Positions 40,601 to 49,681 of a stretch of 64,000 nt of DNA are shown in pieces. A program made the translations under genes and the position numbers. This DNA comes from Candidatus Heimdallarchaeota archaeon (lineage in GTDB: Archaea > Asgardarchaeota > Heimdallarchaeia > Hodarchaeales > Hodarchaeaceae). The stretch spans positions 208,930 through 272,929 of the forward strand of contig RDOB01000003.1 in assembly GCA_011364965.1 (NCBI GenBank). Reading direction: 5' to 3'. The number at the start of each line of letters is the position of its first letter. The stretch's first letter is position 1. A model generated the notes under the pieces. That model saw only the letters and a list, made by a program, of their open reading frames with translations, was not told the origin of the DNA and searched no databases.

Positions 40601-41632
40601 CTAAGATAAATCATCTAGATAACTTTTGGAATTATATTCATCAAGTGCTTCGTATCCACGAGCAACTATTTCTGTTAAATAGCACACTTGGTCTGCCTGT
40701 TCTAGTAAGCTTGACAATAGCCTTGCTAGAAACCATGTAGGTTCATCAGAAGACTCTTCAGAAATAATAGCCAACATAGGTTGAACTTGGTATTTCTTAT
40801 TCTTCACTTCTTCGTGTGTGGAAAGAGCTTTAGAAATATCTTTGTTGAGGAAAGCTTTAATTGCATCATCAAGGAGTTCTATGAGTTTATCAGAAATTTC
40901 ACGAACCATCGATTCAGTTTCAGGGGTAAGAAATGAAGCTTGAAATTTCCCAATTCGCTCTGCTAGTTCACGACAGGAGCGACCAAGGACTTCACCTTGA
41001 TACACAACAATCTGGTAATTTAAACATTCGAAAGGATATAGGTTCAATTCCTCTAAGGGGTCTTCGAGTGATTGTTGTAACAGACGAACAGTAAAATAAT
41101 ATACACGGTCTACCTCAGAGTATCTTTTAATGATTCGGTCTTTAATTTCTTCATCTTGAGTAAAAATAGCTGATATAGCATCATCCAACATAGAAAATGA
41201 AAGAGCATAGATTTTTCTAAGAAGAGTTTGAAGATCTAAGACTGATGTAGCTATAAATTGAATTTCTAGTTGATTAGGGGCCTCACGTATTATTTCAAGA
41301 CCGATTTGATGCCGAATCTCTTCACGAATTTTATCTGGATCTAAAATTTTTTTCTTTCCTTCTGTAGGAACCACAATCATTGTATCAAAACCTGTAACAT
41401 AGCGTGCAAGAATCTCTAGCTCTATTTTTTCATTTTCAGAAATAGTTGTACTTTTTCTAGGTTGAATCCTAGGATTACGAGGATAGAGTAAAAGGTATGT
41501 TTCATTTTCAATTCGAATTCCAATTTCATCTTTAGCTTCCAAGCCATTCCGCTCAATCCATTCACGAGGAAGACTTACAAGATATGTACGAGCTCCAGTG
41601 AGCTGTAAACTACGGGTGATATCTTTTGGCAT
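40601..41632 (-). CDS. AbrB-PhoU-PhoU archaeal transcriptional regulator
   Basis: RSLQLTGARTYLVSLPREW AbrB-like N-terminus; YVTGFD; PhoU-like helical repeats (EVDRVYY). Confidence 0.85.
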   Translation of the reverse strand: MPKDITRSLQLTGARTYLVSLPREWIERNGLEAKDEIGIRIENETYLLLYPRNPRIQPRKSTTISENEKIELEILARYVTGFDTMIVVPTEGKKKILDPDKIREEIRHQIGLEIIREAPNQLEIQFIATSVLDLQTLLRKIYALSFSMLDDAISAIFTQDEEIKDRIIKRYSEVDRVYYFTVRLLQQSLEDPLEELNLYPFECLNYQIVVYQGEVLGRSCRELAERIGKFQASFLTPETESMVREISDKLIELLDDAIKAFLNKDISKALSTHEEVKNKKYQVQPMLAIISEESSDEPTWFLARLLSSLLEQADQVCYLTEIVARGYEALDEYNSKSYLDDLS

Positions 41633-41710
41633 CGAAATAACAACCTAATAAGCTAGATATACATTCAACATCTGACTTAATCAAAGTTAATATATAATTC
41701 CATCTAGTTT

Positions 41711-43216
41711 TTAAGTCGAGTAATAAACGGGTAAAGAGAACTTAAATGTAGATCCTTTATCTAGTCCATCACTTCTTACTGTAATTATCCCTTGGTGACT
41801 CTCAACGATTTTTTTACATAAATAAAGCCCAATTCCAGTCCCTTTTGAGGAATATTTGGTAGGAATCGTTATAAACTGATCAAATATTTTCTCAAGATTG
41901 TTCTTAGCAATCCCAGCTCCGTTATCTTTCACATTGATAACAATTTTCTTTTTCTTAAGAGTAACGCTTAATTCAATTTTCCTAGTATCCTTTGGGGTAT
42001 TATTAACTGCATTATCTACTAAATTGGCCAACACCTGACTAATTCGATCCTTATCCATTTCCACAAGTATTTTTCCATGATGATCACATGAATGAAATAT
42101 GAAAGATGACCCCAATAGGATTTGAAAGCTCAAAACTTCCCCTTGCAAGAAATCACAAAAATCTACAACCTCTTTATTTAGTTCAAATACTCCACGTTCA
42201 AATTTATAAATATCAGAGATACCTTTGGTTAGGATTTCAAGCTTCTTGATATTCCTGCCAATAATATCGACAAATTGGTTTTCCTTCAATTCAGGATGAA
42301 TTAGTTGAATAGCATCAATGGCTCCTTTTATACTACTGATTGGATTTTTCAGTTCATGAGTAGCTATTTCAATAAATCTTTGACGCTGCTGCTCAAGTTC
42401 AACTCTCATAATTTCAACTTTCTTCCGGTCAGTAATATCCAAAGCAGTTGTTAAAAATACTTCTTCATTTTTAAAATGAACAATCTTCTCAGTATTAGTT
42501 AAAATACTGTATTCAGACCCATCTGGTTGAATCCTTTGTAGTTCTACGTTTTTAACCCTTCCTGAAATTCTTAATTCCTTCATAAGCTGTTCTCTTTGAT
42601 TTGGGTCAGCATAAGTATTCAGTAGATTAACTTCATTAGTATCAAGATCAGTTAATCCCATTATTTCTAGCATTTTTTGATTGCAGGTCAATATTTTTCC
42701 TTCTTCATTAGAAGTACCAATTCCAATTGGAGCTGACTCAAAAAGAAGTCTATAGAGATCCTCCGCTTCTTTTCGGTCTGTTATATCTAAAGTTAAATTC
42801 AAAATATACGGTTTATTATTTAATTTAGCCAATTCGATATTTGTTAAAGTATAACAGGTAGTACCGTCCTTTCTCTTCCGTTGAATCTCCAAATTCACGA
42901 CTCTACCTTTCTCCAATAATTCTCGTAAGCTTTTCTCTCTATCCCGCACATCCAAGAACGTATCTCTCATATCAACTTGTTTTAACTCAACAGGTGTATA
43001 CCCTAAAATTTCTGCAATTTTTTTATTATAAAAAATAACATTACCCTCGAAATCAGAGATACCAATTCCGATAGGAGCCTGTTCAGTAATAAATTTGTAC
43101 AGTGCGCCTGTTTCTATGAGAGACCGAACCTCATCACTATCATACATATGATATTTTACACTGTATAGGAATTTAAATATACGTAAATATCTCGAATTTT
43201 CGAACCCTGTGGACAT
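41711..43216 (-). CDS. PAS-PAS sensor histidine kinase (start uncertain: 43216 or 43147)
   Basis: Two PAS/PAC repeats (DITDRK), THELKNP H-box, NLVDNA, DNGAGI, GTGIGL. Confidence 0.92.
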   Translation of the reverse strand: MSTGFENSRYLRIFKFLYSVKYHMYDSDEVRSLIETGALYKFITEQAPIGIGISDFEGNVIFYNKKIAEILGYTPVELKQVDMRDTFLDVRDREKSLRELLEKGRVVNLEIQRKRKDGTTCYTLTNIELAKLNNKPYILNLTLDITDRKEAEDLYRLLFESAPIGIGTSNEEGKILTCNQKMLEIMGLTDLDTNEVNLLNTYADPNQREQLMKELRISGRVKNVELQRIQPDGSEYSILTNTEKIVHFKNEEVFLTTALDITDRKKVEIMRVELEQQRQRFIEIATHELKNPISSIKGAIDAIQLIHPELKENQFVDIIGRNIKKLEILTKGISDIYKFERGVFELNKEVVDFCDFLQGEVLSFQILLGSSFIFHSCDHHGKILVEMDKDRISQVLANLVDNAVNNTPKDTRKIELSVTLKKKKIVINVKDNGAGIAKNNLEKIFDQFITIPTKYSSKGTGIGLYLCKKIVESHQGIITVRSDGLDKGSTFKFSLPVYYST

Positions 43217-43222
43217 AAGATA

Positions 43223-43994
43223 ATGATCTACATTTTCATGATAATTGACTTCATTTTTTGCCTCATCATGATCAGTATTTATATCATTAAATACCAAGGC
43301 CTAGCAATAGAGATCTATCAACCTGGTGCAGCTTGGACACGTGCATTAATTTATTTTGCCTTTTGTAATCTATTCTCTGCGCTTACTGGAACACTAAAGA
43401 GTCTTTTAAGCCAACCATTTGTCACTAATGAACAATTAGAAGACCCTATATGGATTATATTATGTGGAATTTGTTTTATTTATATTTTCTTCCATATTGG
43501 ATCATGTGGGCTCGAATGACATTCACATTCACCGTAAATATTACATCGGTTCTGAGATAATATTTGGTCTACTATGGGGAATCAGTGAGGGGCAAATTCT
43601 CCTATCTTTCTATCATATATGGAGCTTGACTTCAATGCCTAAATTAATGGTCTTTTTATGTTCCTATGTATGTATGGGAACGTGGTAATATTTTATTCAA
43701 GATTATTTCTGGGATGTGAAAGTTAGTCCAGAACATGATACCCCAAAATCAATTATGCTAAAAACGCTTATTTCTCATATTCCGAATATAGCAATTTGTT
43801 TCCTTTTTTTAGTTTTTTATAATAATTACTTAATATTTGTAGCTACTCAGACATTTGCATTGATTGCTTCGTCCATCTTTCAGAAATTTCCCGCACCGTG
43901 GGCTAAAGAGGAATTTCATGTTCCAATGGTTAAACTTGGGCTATTTGGTTTTCAAAGAGGAGCTGGTTACCAAGAAAAAGTTAGAATGTATTAA
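43223..43994 (+). pseudogene. Disrupted multi-TM membrane protein gene
   Basis: Three consecutive hydrophobic ORFs joined by frameshifts near 43490-43530 and an in-frame TAA at 43686-43688 (GTW*YFIQDYFWDVKVSPEHD). Confidence 0.75.
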
Positions 43995-43995
43995 A

Positions 43996-44526
43996 TTAGG
44001 TAAAATTCCACAGTACATCATCTAAATGAAACTTTTTGCGACTATATTCTAAATCGTGCTTAGAGAATCCCTCCTCGACGGAGGAAAAGCAGATTAAAGT
44101 CTTTGTTCGAGCAACACCTTCCATTTCAGTAATCTTAAGCAAGTTCAGTTCTAAAGAATCAAGGTTCCGAGTTTTCATTTTGAAAATCACATCATCTTCA
44201 CCAGCAATATGATGAAACTCCAAAATCTCAAGTTCGTCCATACGGGTGAGGATTTCCTGATAAGTGAACTCCCACACACGACGAGTACGATCAAGACGGA
44301 TTAAAACAAAAGCTGTAATCTGTTTGCCAAGAAGTTTCTCATTAAGATGAATAGAATATCGAAAAACATTATTAGCTTCGAGTTCTTTCAAACGCTTTTG
44401 AAGAGTAGAGCGAGGGGTTTTTAAATGCTCAGCTAGCTCGGATTGGGTCATTGAGGGGAATTTATGTAGTAATTCGAGCATCTTTCGATCACGAGAAGTT
44501 AATTGAAAGGAATCATCAACAACCAA
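43996..44526 (-). CDS. Lrp/AsnC transcriptional regulator
   Basis: DRKMLELL...SELAEHL...RLKELE HTH; HHIAGEDD RAM domain. Confidence 0.92.
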   Translation of the reverse strand: MVVDDSFQLTSRDRKMLELLHKFPSMTQSELAEHLKTPRSTLQKRLKELEANNVFRYSIHLNEKLLGKQITAFVLIRLDRTRRVWEFTYQEILTRMDELEILEFHHIAGEDDVIFKMKTRNLDSLELNLLKITEMEGVARTKTLICFSSVEEGFSKHDLEYSRKKFHLDDVLWNFT

Positions 44527-44560
44527 GATTCTTCAACAACTTTTTACTAATTATTAAGCC

Positions 44561-44685
44561 GTGGCGTGTGGCCACATATAAACCCTTTTCATGGCAAATT
44601 GCCATTAAAAAAATTTTTTTTGCGTCTTAACTCATTTCAAGCATAAATCTATCAATTTTTCTAAGTATGCTTTGGCCTTTGGCCC
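44561..44685. promoter_or_regulatory. Three TGGC-N5-GCC(A/C) operator-like palindromes in a divergent promoter
   Basis: GTGGCgtgtgGCCAC (44561-44575), ATGGCaaattGCCAT (44591-44605), TGGCctttgGCCC (44673-44685) in an otherwise AT-rich spacer. Confidence 0.7.
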
Positions 44686-44737
44686 TCTCAATCTATATAT
44701 AGTTTCCCACTCGTGAGGGTCTTGGAGCTAGGAATAA

Positions 44738-46039
44738 ATGAATACAACAAATATAAGTTCGAATATTACCGACTCGTCTGATTCGTTCCCTTTTGCCGAT
44801 TGGGTGAATTTTATTAGAGAAAGTGAGATCCGACGTCTTTTACGCTTCTCTCCTCAATACTATTTTGCGGGAGGTAAGCCAGGGGTCATTCCTGTTAGTA
44901 CATTTCATCAAATTATTCGAAATATTATATTAGAAGAAGAGAAAGCTTTTCAAAAAAATGATCTCTCTTTTTTGAATAATTACAACTATGGTAGGTCAGA
45001 AGGTAATCCTGTATTGCGTCAGGTATTATGTACTCGTTTGAAAAAACGTGATGGCTTAAGAAACATTGAAATTTCTGATGTTGTTTTAACAAATGGTTCT
45101 CAACAGGCACTCTATGCAATTTGTGACACCATAATTCGGCCTGGAGACATCATTTTAGCAGCCCGACCCACCTACTTGGGATTTCTTCAACCTGCAGAGA
45201 AAATGGGAGGAAAAATCGTTACAATTCCATCAGATAATCAAGGTTTAATCCCAGATTTCATACCATCGGTTTTTCAGAAATGTTTAAGCCAATTAAGTCA
45301 TACCCCTAAATTCCTCTATATAGTTCCTTATTCTGACAATCCGAAGGGAACAACGCTCCCAGAGTCTCGTAAAAAAACTCTAGTTGACTATGCTTTTGAA
45401 TATGACTTTCTTCTTGTAGAAGATATGGCATATAAAGAAATTCAATTTGAAAATCCATCAATCTCACCGATGAAGAAATGGGATCCAGAGAATGAGAGAA
45501 TTATTTATCTTTCCACATCCACCAAGGAAGCTGCTGCATTTCGTATTGGATATAATGTCTTCCCCACTTTTCTCAAGAATGAAATCATCAAAGCGAAGGG
45601 AATTTATGATTTATGTTCCTCAGAATGGGTACAAGCGATTTTAACTGAATATTATTCAAAACATATTGACAAAGCTCTCCCTCAAATAAAAAAGGAGTAT
45701 AAATTGCGTCGTAATGCTATGTTGAAAGTGATTACAGAGTGGAAATTGGGAAATTATACGCATCCAACTGGGGGATTTTTCATATGGTTTGAATCAGATG
45801 ATAAAACATTTAATAGCTCTGAATTTCTTGACTATAGCTTGAAACATGATGTTTCCTTTGTCCCTGGAGGCAGTTTCTTTGCGCAAGCAGGTTTGGAATA
45901 TACCAGTGATAATCTGATAAAGGAATCTATACCAAAATTGAATACAATGCGCTTGGGCTATTCACTTCTTCCTCCAGATCAAATTGAGAGGGGTATGAGT
46001 CATTTAGGAGAGCTATTGAATAAGTATCTTAACTCATAG
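44738..46039 (+). CDS. PLP-dependent class I aminotransferase (LysN/Aro8-like)
   Basis: SEIRRLL, FAGGKP, TNGSQQAL, NPKG, EDMAY, STSTKE..FRIG, PTGGFFIW. Confidence 0.9.
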   Translation: MNTTNISSNITDSSDSFPFADWVNFIRESEIRRLLRFSPQYYFAGGKPGVIPVSTFHQIIRNIILEEEKAFQKNDLSFLNNYNYGRSEGNPVLRQVLCTRLKKRDGLRNIEISDVVLTNGSQQALYAICDTIIRPGDIILAARPTYLGFLQPAEKMGGKIVTIPSDNQGLIPDFIPSVFQKCLSQLSHTPKFLYIVPYSDNPKGTTLPESRKKTLVDYAFEYDFLLVEDMAYKEIQFENPSISPMKKWDPENERIIYLSTSTKEAAAFRIGYNVFPTFLKNEIIKAKGIYDLCSSEWVQAILTEYYSKHIDKALPQIKKEYKLRRNAMLKVITEWKLGNYTHPTGGFFIWFESDDKTFNSSEFLDYSLKHDVSFVPGGSFFAQAGLEYTSDNLIKESIPKLNTMRLGYSLLPPDQIERGMSHLGELLNKYLNS

Positions 46040-46165
46040 CCTTCTATTTTTTTTGTTTTATCTTACTAGATTTATACGTTATCTAAAACTATCATAAATT
46101 ATTTAAGGATTTAGTTTAATCCTTCTGCAAATTTCGCTATGTTCGAGATAAAGGAAGTTTAATAC

Positions 46166-47011
46166 ATGTGCAACTATTGTTATGAACACACACGAAAAAT
46201 CTGGTACCTACAAAAAGAATCATTTGATATGCGATCTGGAAGGTTTATGAAAATCCTTCCTGGTCGTATTCGTGAATTATGGTATGATTTTTATGCCCCA
46301 AGACTCCAGAATTTAGTCGATAGTACTACTGGAGATATTGGAGCCAACCCTGACCGAAAACCATACACTGGTTTGACAAAAGCCTTTTATAATTACTTTG
46401 CTAAAAACTATTTGGGCGGACAGGTCGTTACTTCCCTCGACGACATGATGCGGGTTCTAGATCTAGCAGAAGACATTTATGTTTCGTATTGTTCCTGTAA
46501 AAAGACTGCAGGAGGAGGCGAAGATTATCGCTGCCTTTTTTTGAATCACAATGCGCGATTTCAACGCAAAAAAGAGATTAAAGGGAAAGCACCCGAACAT
46601 GGCCGATTTATAGATATTGAGGAAGCTAGGGAGATGGTGGTTGATCATCGCAAAACAGGTCATTATGGAACAGTCCTCTGGGGTTTAAGACCAAAAGTGG
46701 ATTGCATCTGTAATTGTGATCATTATTGTGCAGGGTTATATACTCCTGAAATACGATGGGGATTATTGCCCTCTTTCACAACTAGTATTGTTGTAAATGC
46801 CGATAAATGCGACCCTGATTGTACTATATGCCAAGGAATCTGTTATGCGAAAGCTATTGAAAAAGAGAAGGGGCAACAAGTCATTGCGGTAAACCAAGAG
46901 AAATGTATCGGTTGTAATCTTTGCATAGAAAAATGTCCTTATGGAGTTTTTGATCAACAGCCTAGAAAGGTCTACTATGATGCTACAATCGGAAAAAAAG
47001 TTGAAACTTGA
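46166..47011 (+). CDS. Fe-S protein with C-terminal ferredoxin domain
   Basis: CNYC, YCSCK, CICNCDHYC, CTICQGIC, CIGCNLCIEKCP. Confidence 0.85.
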   Translation: MCNYCYEHTRKIWYLQKESFDMRSGRFMKILPGRIRELWYDFYAPRLQNLVDSTTGDIGANPDRKPYTGLTKAFYNYFAKNYLGGQVVTSLDDMMRVLDLAEDIYVSYCSCKKTAGGGEDYRCLFLNHNARFQRKKEIKGKAPEHGRFIDIEEAREMVVDHRKTGHYGTVLWGLRPKVDCICNCDHYCAGLYTPEIRWGLLPSFTTSIVVNADKCDPDCTICQGICYAKAIEKEKGQQVIAVNQEKCIGCNLCIEKCPYGVFDQQPRKVYYDATIGKKVET

Positions 47012-47242
47012 TCATTCTTAAACCAAAAAATGGATATTATAACCTAAGGGAAATGATGGGTTATTTTGTAACCGTAACAATTAGCATTTCCCGCTATAAC
47101 CAGAACATAGTATCTTAAGGCTTTTTCAGATGGAAGTAGGTTAGTAACTATAAAAGAATTTTTTAGATGGACAAGATAAGAATAAAAGTAGCATGGAAAT
47201 TGTAGGGATATCCTCTTCAAAATATGGAATGGAGTGAAGAGA

Positions 47243-47395
47243 ATGGCGAAAGATATAAAACTAAAGTGCTATGTGTGTGGAAAACCTGCAGATTATGTAT
47301 GTAAAAATTGTGGTAAAAAAGCAATCTGTGAAGATGAAGAAGACGAATATTGTCCAAAATGTGGATCAGAAAACGGATTCTGGGATGAAATTTAA
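47243..47395 (+). CDS. Small Cys-rich zinc-finger protein (50 aa), absent from the ORF track
   Basis: MAKDIKLKCYVCGKPADYVCKNCGKKAICEDEEDEYCPKCGSENGFWDEI*; three CxxC plus one Cys; GGAGTGA RBS. Confidence 0.8.
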   Translation: MAKDIKLKCYVCGKPADYVCKNCGKKAICEDEEDEYCPKCGSENGFWDEI

Positions 47396-47861
47396 CAGAT
47401 TGTAGAGAATAACTTATTAGAATTCTGAAAAATTTATTATTATTGCTATATGAACGTGCTTCCCTTCCATTAACGATCAATTCCTTAATGATTATCGAAT
47501 GGATGGATGCACTTCTTTATTTTTTCCTCTAGTAATGATTTAGACTAGAAAAACTAATTTATTCGAAATTTCAACACTTTTCTTATTATAAACCTCTCTA
47601 ATTTCTCCTTGGATTCAGAAGATGTTCTTTCATCATTTTACTAAAATTTGACATGAAAATCTATTACTTATGATGATTATTTTAGTTGAATTATTACTTC
47701 GTTCATGATTTATAAGGTCCTTTTTTAACCTTCACTATAGTTATTAAAGATATATTTAAGTAGTTACCAAATTTCTTCCTCAAGCAAGAATTTCCTTGTC
47801 TAAAGAATTATTTGAATGCTTTTGGATAATTCCTCCCCATTTCATTCAATAGGTGTTATAA

Positions 47862-48236
47862 ATGTGGCCTGCTGAAGTTTTTTATTTGACAATGGTCTTA
47901 ACTGTTGGATTTGGGTTTACAGCCCTCTTTACTAGTATGTTTGAGATGATGCGGACTGGTTTTATATTAACAGTTCACATTATCTTTCAAATGCTTGCAT
48001 TCCTTACGATATTTATTACTTGGTTTTTCTATATTTTTGGTATAACTAACTTCCTTTCCATTGGAGTTTCGTTAACCTTAATCCTCGCAATAATGTCCTT
48101 ATTAATTTGGTTAAGCAACATGTTTCGCGGATTAATGCTCTTTCGCTGTATGCAAGGTGCAAGTTCTCACACTCATGTCTTTTCTCATCAGGTATTATTT
48201 GTCGTTCTAGGTTTTGCCCTGATGGCAGCTTTATAG
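47862..48236 (+). CDS. Small 4-TM hypothetical membrane protein
   Basis: Four hydrophobic helices; AGGTG RBS; directly upstream of the DsrE gene. Confidence 0.7.
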   Translation: MWPAEVFYLTMVLTVGFGFTALFTSMFEMMRTGFILTVHIIFQMLAFLTIFITWFFYIFGITNFLSIGVSLTLILAIMSLLIWLSNMFRGLMLFRCMQGASSHTHVFSHQVLFVVLGFALMAAL

Positions 48237-48247
48237 GAGGTAAAAAA

Positions 48248-48610
48248 ATGCCAAGCATGTTAATTGTTGCAAGTCATGGCCCCGAAGTCGCTGAACGTAG
48301 CTTTATGCCTTTCATCGTAGGTGCTACCGCACAAGCGATGGATGTTGAAACAGCCGTCTTTTTCATTATGGATGGCGTTGTCTTAATGCAAAAAGGAATG
48401 GCAAAACGCGTGAGAGCTCCTGGTTATCCTCCACTTGAAAAAACTATCCAAGAATTTTTGGAAGCAGGTGGAAAAATCTATATTTGCAGCAACAGCCAAT
48501 CTTTTCGTCGAATTGATCCGAAAAGAGGATTTATTGAAGGAGTCGAAATCGCTGGGGCTGCAAAATTAATCGAACTCATTCATGAGTATGATAAAACAGT
48601 ATATATTTAG
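48248..48610 (+). CDS. DsrE/DsrF-like sulfur relay/peroxiredoxin family protein
   Basis: SHGPEVAER, FFIMDGV, GGKIYICSNS, VEIAGAA; start moved to ATG 48248 (GGAGG RBS). Confidence 0.87.
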   Translation: MPSMLIVASHGPEVAERSFMPFIVGATAQAMDVETAVFFIMDGVVLMQKGMAKRVRAPGYPPLEKTIQEFLEAGGKIYICSNSQSFRRIDPKRGFIEGVEIAGAAKLIELIHEYDKTVYI

Positions 48611-48694
48611 AGGCAGAAATTTGGGAATTTGCGATACTCTTATTATTCCCATTTTTTCACATTCTACCATTAAACTACTTAGAGACGAACCAAT

Positions 48695-49216
48695 ATGCAC
48701 AATCCAGAAGATGTGAAATCCCTCTTTGCTAAGAAAGGAGATCGGTTAATTGATGAAACCGATTTTAACATCATTTGTCTTCTAGAACGGGAAGGAGAGA
48801 AAACTTTAAAGGCTATAGCTGATCATCCATCGGTAAATCTAACTCCAGCCTCTGTTTCAAGCCGCTTACGAAAGCTTGAAGACAATGGAATCTTTGTGAA
48901 ATATGTCCCCTTAACTAGAATTGAAAAGATAGGTTTTGCACGAAATCTTATTCTTCTTATTCAAACTGAACCTGGTGCAAATTTTGATTCGATCCAAACT
49001 AAGCTTAATGCTATTGAAGGGGTGAAATCTCTGTATAAATTGATCGGGGAGTATGATTTGTTTGTTCATCTTTGCTGTATGGGGGATCAGGGCCTGGAAC
49101 GCACTCTTAATGAAATCAATCAAATCCCTGGACTTGCTCGCGTCTCCAAAACAATGGTGCAAGAACGCTTGAAGGAGAATTTTCATAATTTGGTAGAAGA
49201 AAAAACCTCTGAATAG
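48695..49216 (+). CDS. Lrp/AsnC transcriptional regulator
   Basis: IDETDFNII...RLRKLEDNGI; LIGEYDL. Confidence 0.9.
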   Translation: MHNPEDVKSLFAKKGDRLIDETDFNIICLLEREGEKTLKAIADHPSVNLTPASVSSRLRKLEDNGIFVKYVPLTRIEKIGFARNLILLIQTEPGANFDSIQTKLNAIEGVKSLYKLIGEYDLFVHLCCMGDQGLERTLNEINQIPGLARVSKTMVQERLKENFHNLVEEKTSE

Positions 49217-49241
49217 TTTTCATTTTTATGAATAATATTAG

Positions 49242-49670
49242 TTAGATAAGTTTTTCTTCTGTAACGAGTTGAACTGTAGTAGATCCTGTTCCTGATATAC
49301 CATGTACTTCCTTTACTAATTCTTTTACATTTTCTGCTTCATCACGGATAATCAATGTTTCTATACACTCATTGTGATTCAAATGATGATGAAATGAGTA
49401 AGAAATATGAAAAGAATGCTGGATATGTAAAAATTGTTGGACTGTTTCTATGCTGCGATGATCATAAATTACAGAAATGATTGCAGTTATTATTTTTGTA
49501 TTGGGAATATTCTCTAGCATTTCTAACTTCTGAAAAAGGTTCTGTAGTGCATCTCGTATCATTTGAGACTTAGTTTGATAATTTAGTTCCTCCTGTTTTC
49601 TTCCTACTAACGCTTTAAATTCAGGATCACAAGAAAAAGTGATTGTTTCACGGATTGTTTTTTCGGTCAT
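49242..49670 (-). CDS. nikR: Nickel-responsive RHH regulator NikR
   Basis: RHH N-terminus (KSQMIRDA); YDH, IQH and HHHL-x3-ECIE Ni ligands. Confidence 0.87.
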   Translation of the reverse strand: MTEKTIRETITFSCDPEFKALVGRKQEELNYQTKSQMIRDALQNLFQKLEMLENIPNTKIITAIISVIYDHRSIETVQQFLHIQHSFHISYSFHHHLNHNECIETLIIRDEAENVKELVKEVHGISGTGSTTVQLVTEEKLI

Positions 49671-49681
49671 AGATATCTACC

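Noticed and set aside
47217-47480. 87-aa minus-strand ORF
   Set aside because: Antisense to the Cys-rich microprotein, which has an RBS and a clear motif.
48107-48247. Long N-terminal extensions in the ORF track (dsrE; likewise mvhD, the aldolase, cbiM, acdA and the 63245 ORF)
   Set aside because: They overlap neighbouring genes or precede the family-typical N-terminus; downstream starts fit better.
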